Shown piece after piece: positions 1 through 11,636 of a stretch of 64,000 bases of DNA (the stretch's first letter is position 1; each line of letters starts with the position of its first letter). The notes beneath the pieces were generated by a model. The model had not been told where the DNA came from. It saw only the letters and a program-made list of their open reading frames with translations, and ran no database searches. The stretch is from Neocallimastix sp. 'constans' (taxonomy: Eukaryota), in NCBI GenBank assembly GCA_050613775.1, contig JBODTK010000001.1, forward strand, positions 372,001 to 436,000, given 5' to 3'. The translations under genes were made by a program, and so were the position numbers.

Positions 1-174
1 AAATAAAAGTTAAAATATATAAAAAGTTTTATATCATGATTTGTACAAGAATAATAGAATAGTTTTATATTTTATTATATTAATATTATTCATAGCCTAA
101 TCTATTATTGATTTATTATTCATTTTAAATTGTAATTAATTATTTATAGGAGTGTAACTAATTAAAATATTATT

Positions 175-209
<35 letters not shown>

Positions 210-1237
210 TATAAATGAAGCATAAGAAGATTACTTTTTAATTTTTTTTTTTTACTACTGATATTAAAATTAATATTATTAAACTATAGAAACTATATCA
301 AAAAAAAAAAAAAAAAATAAATATATATATATATTGTTTTTTTATAATACAAAATAGATAATTATATAATTTGTTAAATAAATGTGATTAATTAATATTA
401 TATTTAAGTTAATAAATGGTATTTTTTAAGGTAACAATAAATTAAATATTATATTTAAATTTTCAATTATTGTACTACTAATAATTTAATAAAATATTTA
501 AATTTAATATTTTATTAAATTATTAGTAGTACAATAAGATATTTAATATTATATAAATATCTTATTTTTATTTTTATTAATTTATAAATCAAAAATTTTG
601 TTAATATGAAAAAAAAAAAAAATTGTACAAAATTGAATAAGCAAAAGTGATAATTTTAATAAAAAAAAATAATTTCAATTACGATTTTAATACAACAGGT
701 TATAATAATCAAAGAAATAATAACAAATATAATAAAAGAAATAATTATAATTAAAGAAATAATAATAATAATAACACAATAATTATTATAAAAGAATTAA
801 TAATTATTATTATAATAATAATAATAAAAGAAATAATGATCATAATAATTTTAAAATAATAAAATAAAAGCAATAAAAAAAAATAATAATCATTAAAACA
901 GGTTAAAGACATATTTTTTATATATTTTTTGATATATATATATATATGTTAATTATATTACAATATTTTATATAAATATTACTTTGTTAGGTTTATAACC
1001 AATTTTTATATCGAAATATAGATACATATATGTTATATATGTTAAAATATTATGTATTCAGTATAAAAAACATATAGCATGTTGGTTTTATGAGAGTGCT
1101 TTTTAACATATTTACCAAGATGTAGTTTGATGCTAGTTTTACTATCAATACACTCTATCATTATATACTCAACCAATATTTTAATAATTTTATACTATAT
1201 ATAATACTTTTTAATAAAAATAGTTAAAAAAAAAACA

Positions 1238-1268
<31 letters not shown>

Positions 1269-1393
1269 AACTCTTATATATACTTATAATTAATACAAAA
1301 AAAAAAACATTTATATATACATATAATTAATATCAAAAAAAAAAGAAAAAACTTTTATATGTACATATAATTAATACCAAAATAAAAAAAAAA

Positions 1394-1434
<41 letters not shown>

Positions 1435-1439
1435 TATTT

Positions 1440-1850
1440 TCTTATTCATTCGAAATCCATTAAAGTGTATTATTTCTCCTTCAAAAATTTGTATTTTTTG
1501 ATATTATTCAAGAGGTTTATTAATTCAGTTATTAACTTCCTTAGTTACCTAAGCAATAGCTATGAACTCACTTTCAATACAAGTTAGCATGCTTCTTTTG
1601 ATATAATCTATAGAATCCTTAATTTTTCTTAGTCCTAAAAATAGTTTTTTTTTTTTTTTTTTTTATAAAAAAAAAAAAAAAAATTCAAGATAGTGATATT
1701 TCTACTAAGTCTACCACCTTGGATAGCAATATTGATATTGTAATTTATATCCTCATCTTAAAAAACGTGAAATTCAATTAAACCTTAAACTAAGATTAAT
1801 TTTTTTTTTTTTTATTGCTGTAGTTATAGCCAACTTTAATTATAATAATT
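1440..1850 (-). mobile_element. Decayed Ty1/copia RT-RNase H remnant
   Basis: The minus-strand translation near 1520-1600 reads SMLTCIESEFIAIA*VTKEVN, resembling the copia RNase H motif (S)T.EAEYIA...A.KE. It carries stops and poly-A/T insertions. Confidence 0.55.
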
Positions 1851-1984
1851 TTATTCATTTATTAATTAAATGAATATTTTTTTTATAAAAAAACACCCAC
1901 ACACAATTAATAATAAAAAAAAATTAATATCATTGGTCCAATTTGAACATAATAAATAATATTTTAACTATTTCAAAAAAAAAT

Positions 1985-2420
1985 TAATATTGAAATATTT
2001 TCACCGGATTCTAATACCTTAATTTGCGTAAATATCATAAGAGAATAAAAACAAAAATATACTTTAATGAATAGAAATGAAACTTACTTGATATAGGTTC
2101 TGGGAATGGTGGAGATATTCATAAATGGAAACATATCCAAAAAATTTGCGTGTATTGAACCTGACAACATGAAATTAAAAAAAAAAAAATTTTTTAAAGG
2201 AAAGAATTTAAAAAAAAAAAAAAATTAAATATTAAGAATCGTATCACCATTTTTTCCAAATACTATTCAAAACATTAAAATTAAAAGACTCCTTTAAATA
2301 TTGAAACGTTCTTTTTTTGGGCTTTTAATGATTTCAATTATAGTGACGTTTAAAGTGTGTTGAACAATATTTAGCCAAAATATCAATGGAATATTTATTG
2401 TTCTTTTTAATGGATTATAG
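1985..2420 (+). pseudogene. mRNA cap guanine-N7 methyltransferase relic (virus/linear-plasmid-type capping enzyme C-terminal domain)
   Basis: From 2021 it reads NLRKYHKRIKTKIYFNE*K*NLLDIGSGNGGDIHKWKHIQK. After a frameshift it reads ACIEPDNMK, and later TFFFWAFNDF and NINGIFIVLF. SAM-binding motif I is present. No introns, several stops and frameshifts. Confidence 0.75.
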
Positions 2421-3421
2421 CTTTTTCAATTTATGATAATCGATTCTTCTTTGCATAAAAATATAGACATTGTATTGATACATATAAAAAATAAACTTTT
2501 TTAAGATTCAGTAGATGAAAAATCACCAAGTTTATTTATTTAGGCAACTTACGCTAGGTGCATAAAGAAGGTGATAATATAATGGTTGTAAATGTTGAAA
2601 ATTTCAATTTAACAAGAACATTATTGAGAATACAATTAATAGTGAAAAAAAAAAAAGTAATAAAAAATATTTGAAAAATAATATAAATTTAATATAATTA
2701 ATTAATGTTCAATAAAATCATTTTCATTTATTAATCCATTTCAAAATCTATATAAATACTAATTATTTGAAAGTTATTAAATTTTTCACATACAAACGAC
2801 TAAACTAATTATGAAAAAAAAAAAAAAAATTAAAGACATAGACATTATGAGATTAAATAAATATCATTATGATTATGATTATAAAAACTAATTGCATTTG
2901 TAAGATTTTCAAACTAATATTCTTTACTTTTTATTTTTTATTATTTATAAACGAAATTATTAATAATAATAATTCTTAAAAATATCTATTCATAGCATGT
3001 TTAATTGTTCTAGACTATGTGTTAATAATTATAATTAAAAATATTTTTATTTTATAACTATTTGAATAATTGCTTATTTAAATTACTTTTCATTCAAAAT
3101 ATAGAAAAGTTTATGCTTTATGAATTATTTAATTTTAAAATTTTAAATATATATATATATATATATATATTTTTTAAAAAGAACTTTCAATTCAATTAAA
3201 CAAATAACTAGATGATTTTATGGTATAATTTATGATAAATAAAAGATTTATATATTTAGGTTTTAATTAATAAAATATATATTTTTTTCTTGAAAGAAAG
3301 GAATCAATAATTAGATTAGAATGTGTTAATCCTACAAAAAAAAAAAAAAATTACCCAATTAACAAAAAAAAAAAAAAAACAGATTTCTCATATTAATTAT
3401 TAAAATATTAATTTGTTATTT

Positions 3422-3465
<44 letters not shown>

Positions 3466-3589
3466 ACTTAGAGAATAACTTTATTTAATTTATAATAATA
3501 ATAAAATGACATGATTTAAATGAAAAAAAATAAAAAATAAAAAATAAAATACATGAAATGAAATATTATATATTATATAATTATAAAAG

Positions 3590-3900
3590 TGCGTTAGAAG
3601 TAATAGTTTTCTAACTTTTCCCAATCATCGATGATAACATCGCGTCCATTATGGCGAGTAATAATTTCAGTATTAGTGTGCTATCAACCGAATCTGTATC
3701 AGATCTTTTCACTTGGAGGTGAAAATCATGGCCTTATCATTTTCGACGTCGACGCTATTAGCAATGATAGATTTCAATAGATTCAACGGAATTACCATTT
3801 CAATCATCAATCTAAAAAAAGATCGACAAATTAATGGTATTACGTTTGTTATTAGAAACTCTGTAACCCCCCTCCACAAAATACGGAATAGTCGATGAAA
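3590..3900 (-). pseudogene. Unidentified decayed coding fragment
   Basis: CpG-containing, higher-GC island. Minus-strand pieces read SSTIPYFVEGGYRVSNNKRNTINLSIFF, GHDFHLQVKRSDTDSVDS and NTEIITRHNGRDVIIDDWEKLENYYF*. Confidence 0.35.
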
Positions 3901-4371
3901 ATTGAACTTTGTTTAAAAAAAAATTTATTATTTAGTAAAAATAATTTTTAAAATAATATTTATTATTTAAAAAAAAAAAAATTTATTTAAATTTTATTTG
4001 ATATAACAAGTAAGAAATTTTATTACCAAGGAGTATATAATTATTTTTTAATTTATTTAAAATATTTAAGCAATAATAATATAGTTTTTATTATATACCT
4101 ATTATATATTTTTAACCACATCTATTAATCTTTTTTTTTTTTATTATTTTAATTATTATTTTATTGTAAATACATTAATTACAATGTAGTTTATTGAATA
4201 TATAAACATTGAATATAGAGAAAATTCTATTTTTTTTTTTTATAAATATAGCTAATTTAATTGATTTAAAATTATCCTAGTTTCGTTTTTTTTTTTTTTT
4301 TTTTTAAAAAATATATATATACTAATAAAATAATTTTATTACTTAACATAAATATTACTAGAAATTTTACA

Positions 4372-5166
4372 ATGTATAATAAAATTACGTTACATGATTT
4401 AACAAGGATATGTAATAATATTTTTCAAATATTTCATGTAAATATATATGTTATTTTTTATCTGTTAATGGTAACACAATTTTTTGAAAAAAGTTTACCA
4501 ACAAATGAAGAAAATATACATACCTATGAGAATAATACTTCATTCAATCTTCATAATGATGAAGAATAATAATGATAAAAATAAAGTATTATCAATAGAA
4601 GAAGTATTAAAAATTAAAGATAAATATTATCTTAGTTTTTTTTTTTTTTTTTTTTTGTAAAGATGGTATTTGTGTTGAATCTGATTATGGTTATAGTAAA
4701 TAGTTATATTGAAATTCCAGATAAAAATGGAAATATAACCAGATATAATTGTAATACTTGTTCATATGAAGAAATTATAAATAATAAAATGTTGCATATG
4801 TTGGTAGTTGTAAATATGATTATGAAGGTTTATTGAATAAATGTTTTAACGAAAATTATGTGTTTAATGATAAAAATCCAATAGTTAGTTGTGATTCTTA
4901 CTATAAACGAGCTTCATTTATCTTTATTAGAGGTTCATATATGCATTGTGGTAAACCATATGGGAGATTCCTGTGCAACTAACAATGAATGTTCTTCTAA
5001 AGAATGTGATGGTAATATTTGTCGTATTCGAACAGGTGGTCCTTCTGATTCAGAAAGTGTATATATAATGTTTAGTTTTATTGGTCCTTTGTCTTTTATA
5101 ATTTTATTGATAATTATTTGTTGGTGTTGTTGTTATAAGAAATATAAATATAATTATTTAAAATAA
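4372..5166 (+). pseudogene. Cys-rich, C-terminally membrane-anchored protein, frameshifted
   Basis: Pieces across frames read EIPDKNGNITRYNCNTCSYEEI, LLNKCFNENYVFNDKNPIVSCDSYY, SYMHCGKPY / GDSCATNNECSSKECDGNIC, then a hydrophobic TM segment and a basic tail. It resembles an expanded anaerobic-fungal family. Frameshifts at about 4790 and 4960. Confidence 0.6.
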
Positions 5167-5499
5167 TAATATTTCATAATAGGTAAATTATATTTCTTAT
5201 TACCTATTATTTAAAAAGGGATGTAAATGTTAATGAAAATAATTATTAAGATAATTAATTGTTAGTATAAAATAGTAAATTTCTTATTTTTTAAAAAAGA
5301 ACTATCTTTTTTTTTTTAATATATATATATATGACAGTTATTATATAAAATACAATTGTATTGTATAAAAATAGTTAGATAAATAAATAATAATATTATA
5401 GAATATTCAAGACTATAGAATTTTCAAATATACAATGATGTTTACAAAAAAATATGAAGAACAAATACAAATATACTATTATTTGTAAATTATATAGTA

Positions 5500-6000
5500 A
5501 AATTTTGGAGTGGTATCAGTACATTCACCATACAGAGGTTGGCAACCATACTTGACATCTACACACAATAATATACTTCTCCAATTTTCTACATCATCCA
5601 TACTGGCTTACAGCACAAACCTTCAGCACAGCTACCAATTCACAATTCCTTCACCACATTTCCACGGATCATGAGTTTGGCCCTAGATCTCCTTCTTCAA
5701 TATTCTTTCACTTGGTTGTTTTTTCTTCACGATTTGGGTTGCTCTTTACTTTTAAGTTGGTTGTCCTTTAATAGGTTGATTTTTTTTTCTTCTTATGGTT
5801 TTTCATTTTTTGTTTCTTTTTTATTTTTTTTTTCTTTTTTATTTTTTTTTTTTATTTTTTTTTTTATTTTTCTTTTTTTTATTTTTTTTCTTCTTCTTCT
5901 TTATTTTCTTTTCCTTCCTTATTTTCTGCTTCTTTTTCTTCTTCTTCTTCTTCTTCTTCTTCATCATTTTCATTCTAACATTGGTTTTTTAAATACTATC
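5500..6000 (-). pseudogene. Chitin-binding CBM18 (hevein-like) domain preceded by a Glu/Lys-rich linker, degraded
   Basis: Minus strand 5670-5510 reads KCGEGI..GSCAEGLCC/SQYG*C...CVDVKYGCQPLYGECTD, which has the CC-S-x-Y-G-x-C hevein signature. An EEEEEEEKEAENKEGK linker lies at 5990-5700. Confidence 0.75.
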
Positions 6001-6049
6001 TTTTCATTGAATTTCGAATAAAATATTTTATAAATATTAAAATCTTTAT

Positions 6050-7990
6050 TTGAAAAAATATTTTTTATAATTACCAAATATTGTCCAACATCAACTGGTA
6101 ATGTAAGCACTATTTATCACAAATATTAATTATGTAGAATCAAATATTGATTCTGATAATAGTAATGAAGTGTATAATATTACTTACAATAAAGAATGTT
6201 CCAGTGCATCATTCCAACCACTTGGAATATCTAATAGAAAGTGGTTCCTGTCTCAGTATTCAGTCAAAACATCACCATAAATGGGTTGCAACTTCTGCAA
6301 AAAAAAAAAAAAAAACACTTGGAAAGTGTAAGTAGCAACAACATCATCCATCTGATAAATCTCTGGAATCTTGATTGAAGTAATTAGAAGGGTGTATTCA
6401 GATGTATTCAGACGTATTCAGATGTTGGTATGTATGATATCAGGATCTTTGTAAACCCTGCAATTCCACTTCATCATAAGTGGTGATGTACTAATTATCC
6501 TTGATTCTTTTACAAATCATTAGCAGTACTTTAAATTCAGAGTTTCAGTAATGTAATTTTTATGCATTTCAGCACTGGCGCTTTACTTGATCTGAATAAA
6601 ATAGAGCAAGATAATGAATCAAATCAACAGTTTCTAAGTTTTTTGATTGTCGCAAACAGGATTTCATAAGCGCTTAATGTAAGATTAAGATTTGAAGCTG
6701 TTCCATTTTATCTTGGTTTGAAAACATCAAATGACCACCCTGAATATTCAGGATTCTTGTTTTAACCTAATAGATTCTTCCACTGAAAAGAAATCATCTG
6801 CAGCAGTTTTCATTTAAGAAGGCAGTTCTGATTCATGAAGATATGCTTCAATTGCAAGCTTCATTTTGTAATTTCAGCTTGCTATAAATACCCTTCTGGA
6901 ATGTGACGTGTATGTTAATACTGATTGTCACAGTGTCAGCGGTTCTGATTGTCTCGTGTGTCCAATGGTTGCTACTCATAAAAATTGCCTGTAAGTCAGA
7001 TCAGGCTAATTGCCTGTATTTCCTCACCATTACTTATTTTAAAGTGTAAGAGTTGCATTTCGGACAGTGAGCATTCTAAATAGATCAATCTCAATATATA
7101 ATCAATCTCTGGATAAAACAAATATATATATATTTTCCATATTGAGAAGAAATGCTTAATACGTTGTTAAACGGTCAATGCCGGTAAATTGAAGGAATCG
7201 AACTGCTACTAAAGAATGATATTTAATTATTGACTCACTTAATACCATCCATGATCGATACAAATACATCGGATATGGATGTTTGATGTCCTCAATTTCA
7301 AAAATGAATTCAAACATTTGCATTCTTTGATTATGACAATAAAAGAATCTCCCAAGACCTGTATAAATCTCTCCCAATTAATTGCCAAATTGATGATGAA
7401 CACAATAATGAACATTGTAATTTTATCAAAGATAACTAGGCGATTCTGACATGCAATGAAATATTTTTTATCTAAATCATTGTTACCAATGTAGGATTTC
7501 CCATCTTCTTCAAATATACCCATTCATTGATCAACTGCACATGCCTTTTTTTTTTATCCGCCGCATACTATTCGATAAATGCAATGTTGGAATTGCCGCT
7601 TGAAAAGACAGTGGAAATATTTGATAATTTCTCCATAGTTGCCGTACCAAGTGTTTGCATTCTCTGACAAATCACGCATTGCCATGTCGTCGATTTCTGA
7701 ACCTTTCGGCTCTCACCATCAAGGAAAATGATCTTATGTATGTATTAGGACTTGATGCAGTGAATTAAATCCATCGCAATCTCATTGAAGTAACCTTGGG
7801 TGAAATGCTTCCAAAGATTACTTCAATTTTAAGATTTCTCTTCAGTCAGTCAGACCAGAACTGTGAAAGTATCATCACCGACCATCACCATGACCTTTCA
7901 GGATACCCAATGCAAAGTGGATTATTTGGAGAAGGTGTCCTCTTCCATCACCACAACATCTAAGTTATATAAAAAGCTTAAATATCAGAA
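6050..7990 (-). pseudogene. Unidentified higher-GC decayed ORF region (~2 kb)
   Basis: GC is clearly above background and no obvious AT-rich introns are present. Broken minus-strand frames include KMKLAIEAYLHESELPS*MKTAADDFFSVEESIRLKQE, NPEYSGWSFDVFKP and KLQPIYGDVLTEY*DRNHFLLDIPSGWNDALEH. Confidence 0.4.
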
Positions 7991-8399
7991 AGGTGAACTC
8001 TGAAAATAGTTGCTATTGTGATAATTTTTAAATGGTAACTTAATAACTTACACTTTAAGAATTGGTAATTATTTTAATGATCGAGGATTTAAAATAATTA
8101 TCAATTTAAATAGGAATTAAGAAGGTATTACTATAATAAAAGAGAAATCATACTTTTATTAAAATAATTTCTTATTAAAAGTTTCTGTTCTTCTATTTCA
8201 AATGAAATCATTTTAATAAAAAATTTTGGTTTATTCTATAAGATATATATCTTTTTATTTTCTGTTTGTTAAATTGCTTAGAATAAGCAAAAGTTTTTTT
8301 TTTTCTAATTTTTTTTTATTTAAGTAATTACATAAAAAAAAAAATTGTTAATTTCTACATAAAAGTTTATGTATAAAATTATTATTTAATTATTTCTTA

Positions 8400-8435
8400 A
8401 TTATTTTTTATTTTTTATTTTTTTATTTTTTTATT

Positions 8436-8467
<32 letters not shown>

Positions 8468-8493
8468 TTTTTTTATTTTTTTATTTTTTTATT

Positions 8494-8524
<31 letters not shown>

Positions 8525-8600
8525 TTTTTTTATTTTTTTATTTTTTTTTATTTTTTTATTTTTTTATTTTTTTTTTTTTTTTCATTTTTATTTTTTTTCA
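8400..8600. repeat. (TTTTTTA)n-type simple repeat
   Basis: Directly visible T6-8A units. Confidence 0.9.
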
Positions 8601-8989
8601 AATTAATTTAAAATTATAATAATAAAAAATAAATAAAAAAAGTAAATAATGAAAATTTTGAAAATAATAATATTTCGAGGTTTCTTATTCTTGATTCTTG
8701 ATAAATTATTTCAAAAAAATAATTTTGTTTAAAAATTTCTCCAAAAACTATAATAATAAATATATTATTTTATATTTTTACTTTGAGTCAGTAATATAAA
8801 AAAATTTTTTTTTTTTTTTTTTTTTAATATTAAATTTTGAATTATAATCAAGAGTCAATTTAATTACTAATAATTCATAAGTTTTCTTTCTATAAGGATA
8901 GTTGAGTTTTTAAATTGAATATTTAACTTTAAATATTTTGATATTTTTTTTTTTTTATTTTCAAGTATGTAATAGAATAGAGATAGTAT

Positions 8990-9401
8990 TTACATGTCAT
9001 CCTAAAATATTGTTAATAATCTTTTAAACGACCCCAACATCCTCAACAACAGAATAACATCTATTTCTGTATTGTAGGAATATTTTAAAAAATTTTGTTT
9101 CGAAACAATAATGAATTAAAATGAAATAATAATTAATGTCAAAAAAAAAAAAAAAAAAAAAAATTTTTTTTTTTAATTATAATATATAATCATAAATATG
9201 TGTTTTTTTAAATAATTGCTTTATATATATATGATTATCTAAATGAAATTTTGAAGATAGTTATAGTGATTAGGTCAATTGGTGAAATTCGTATTAATTT
9301 TGGTAATATTTTGAAAAACAAGTGTGTAAATATATATATGACGTGGTACTGATTATATAACTTCCTTCTTGGTGGAAGAGATGCAAACATTATTGAATTA
9401 G

Positions 9402-9433
<32 letters not shown>

Positions 9434-10100
9434 TAGGATGTTTTGTTTAATAACCAAATCATTTCTGATGATTATTCTAAAAATGTCATTCTTGGTGCGA
9501 TGTGTGGCCCTCTTTACAGAAATTATACCTAAATCCCCAATACTCAACAAGGAATTGCTACTTCAACGGTATAAGCACAAACTAACCAAGGAGCGTTAAT
9601 GATGAAAGTGCAGAAAGACAGACTAGCAGGATCAATGCCTCTGAAGGAAAAGACCATAATTTTTTTTTTCAATTAATATGTTTGAAACTATAAATAAGAA
9701 TTATTTTATATTTTAAAAAATATCACTATCTTTTTTTAAAAAAAAAAATAAAAGGTAGCATTACAAAACATAAAACGACTTTATATTAACATTTTTATGT
9801 TTTAAAAGATTTAGAGTATCAATTCTACGACTGAGTTAAATCATCGAAAATTAAGTTAAAATTTAAAAATATATTTTTTTTACTACTGTTAAACGTATTA
9901 CTATCACTATCAATACAACAGCTGATAATGATTGTCTTATCAACGGTTATGAGATGATCAATTCCGGATATGATCAAGATGTGCATTCATTAATCAAAAT
10001 CGAGAATCATCTAATCAACTGATCAGATCAATGATTATGATATGGATCATATATCGATATTATGTTGATGATTTGTTTTTTTAAAACAATGTTCGATAAT
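8990..10100 (+). pseudogene. Unidentified decayed coding fragments
   Basis: Higher-GC patches read DVLFNNQIISDDYSKNVILGAMCGPLYRNYT, VNDESAERQTSRINASEGK and LINGYEMINSGYDQDVHSLIKIENHLIN. Confidence 0.3.
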
Positions 10101-10259
10101 GATGTATCGAATTTAATAAATTCAATTAATTTTCACTTAGTATTTGTATTCGTATATCTTTAATTTAATCAATGGAAATGTAATTCCAAAACAAATAGAA
10201 AATAATCATTATTAAATAAATTTAAAAATAAATTTGTGAAAGATTAACAATTTCGTAAT

Positions 10260-11100
10260 TTTTTATATTCAAAAATAATAATACAAAAAAAAAATTGGAT
10301 CTTTAATGATACATTTTGAATTTTTCCATTTACAAAAGCATTCTTATTTGAAGAGAAGCATAAAAACTAGTAATTTGAAATACTTGAAGATTACGAGAAA
10401 AGGCATAAACACTAACCGTTAAGTTCGTTTTGAAATAACTCTTATATTTTTTTTTTCTTCTTTTTAATGATAAGATAATCTTCCTTGTTCGAGGAATCAG
10501 AATCAATATACCACAACAAAGAAGTGTTAATTAAGGATTGTAGATTCTTAGAATTGTTTTTATTTGAACCCAAGAGTGGAGCAAATATATAATATTTTAC
10601 TAATAATATATTATTGAATAATAGATTTTTTTAAATGTTAATGGAACTTTATTATTGGATAAAAAGCTAGCAAAAGAAAATAAGAATTTTAGTATTCATA
10701 TAAGTGATAATAGGCTTAAGGGAAAGATCATTACTGAGGGTGATACCTAAATAAGAATACATAGATTCTTTAGGGATAGAGTATATACTAAGGTGAAATG
10801 TAGGTTCTTCACAACCAAGGTATGAAACAAAATTTAAGGGTTTAACAACCATTACAGCACATTTATTTGATACCAAAAGACATTTCATTTTTATTAGCCC
10901 AACATAAAAAAAAAACATGACCAAGTAGAACCTTCATTTTTCTTTCACTAATATCATATTTATCACAATTATTTAAAAAAGATCATTAAAAAAGTATTTA
11001 ATTTCTCTCTTGATTTTTTTTTAATTTTTTTTTAACTCAATTATTACTGGATTTGAATAACCTTTACATTCTTTATATTTAATTTTAAGAGAGAAATGAA
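10260..11100 (-). mobile_element. Non-LTR (LINE-like) reverse transcriptase remnant
   Basis: ORF 10667-10924 reads LVSNKCAVMVVK...YSYLGITLSNDLSLKPII, matching non-LTR RT domains 6-7 (K..VM...Y.YLG). The flanks are frameshifted. Confidence 0.7.
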
Positions 11101-11636
11101 AACTATCATTTAAAATGGTTTAAAGGTATTACCACTGAGAGGATTTACTTTAATAATAAAATAAGAACCATTAGATAGACTAAAATTAATAACTAATATA
11201 TATATAATTTAAAACAAAAAATAAAATAAATAATAATAATAATAAGTTGATTATATTTTTCATTTAAAAAATTAATAATTATATATATATAAATATTTTT
11301 TATAATAATTTTATTTTATTATAATTTTTTTTTTTTAATTTATTTATATATTTATTAATCGAATTTTAATGAGCTTGTAAAATTAGAATTGATAAAAAAC
11401 ATACTAAATAAATTATATTTCTTACACGTTTTAATTAAAATAAATATATTTATATAAGAAAAAAAGAATACGACTTTTTTATATTATTTTTTTTTTATTA
11501 TTATTATTATCAATTTTATCAATATATTTTAATTATATAATCAATTATCGTTTATATTATATTTACTATTAACTTTTTTTTTTTTTTTTTTATTTCTTTT
11601 CTTTCATAAAAAATTTAATAGCTAGTGAAAACTAGT

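Noticed and set aside
5671..6021. Phe/Leu-rich membrane-protein ORFs on the + strand
   Set aside because: They are the antisense of a Glu/Lys-rich low-complexity linker.
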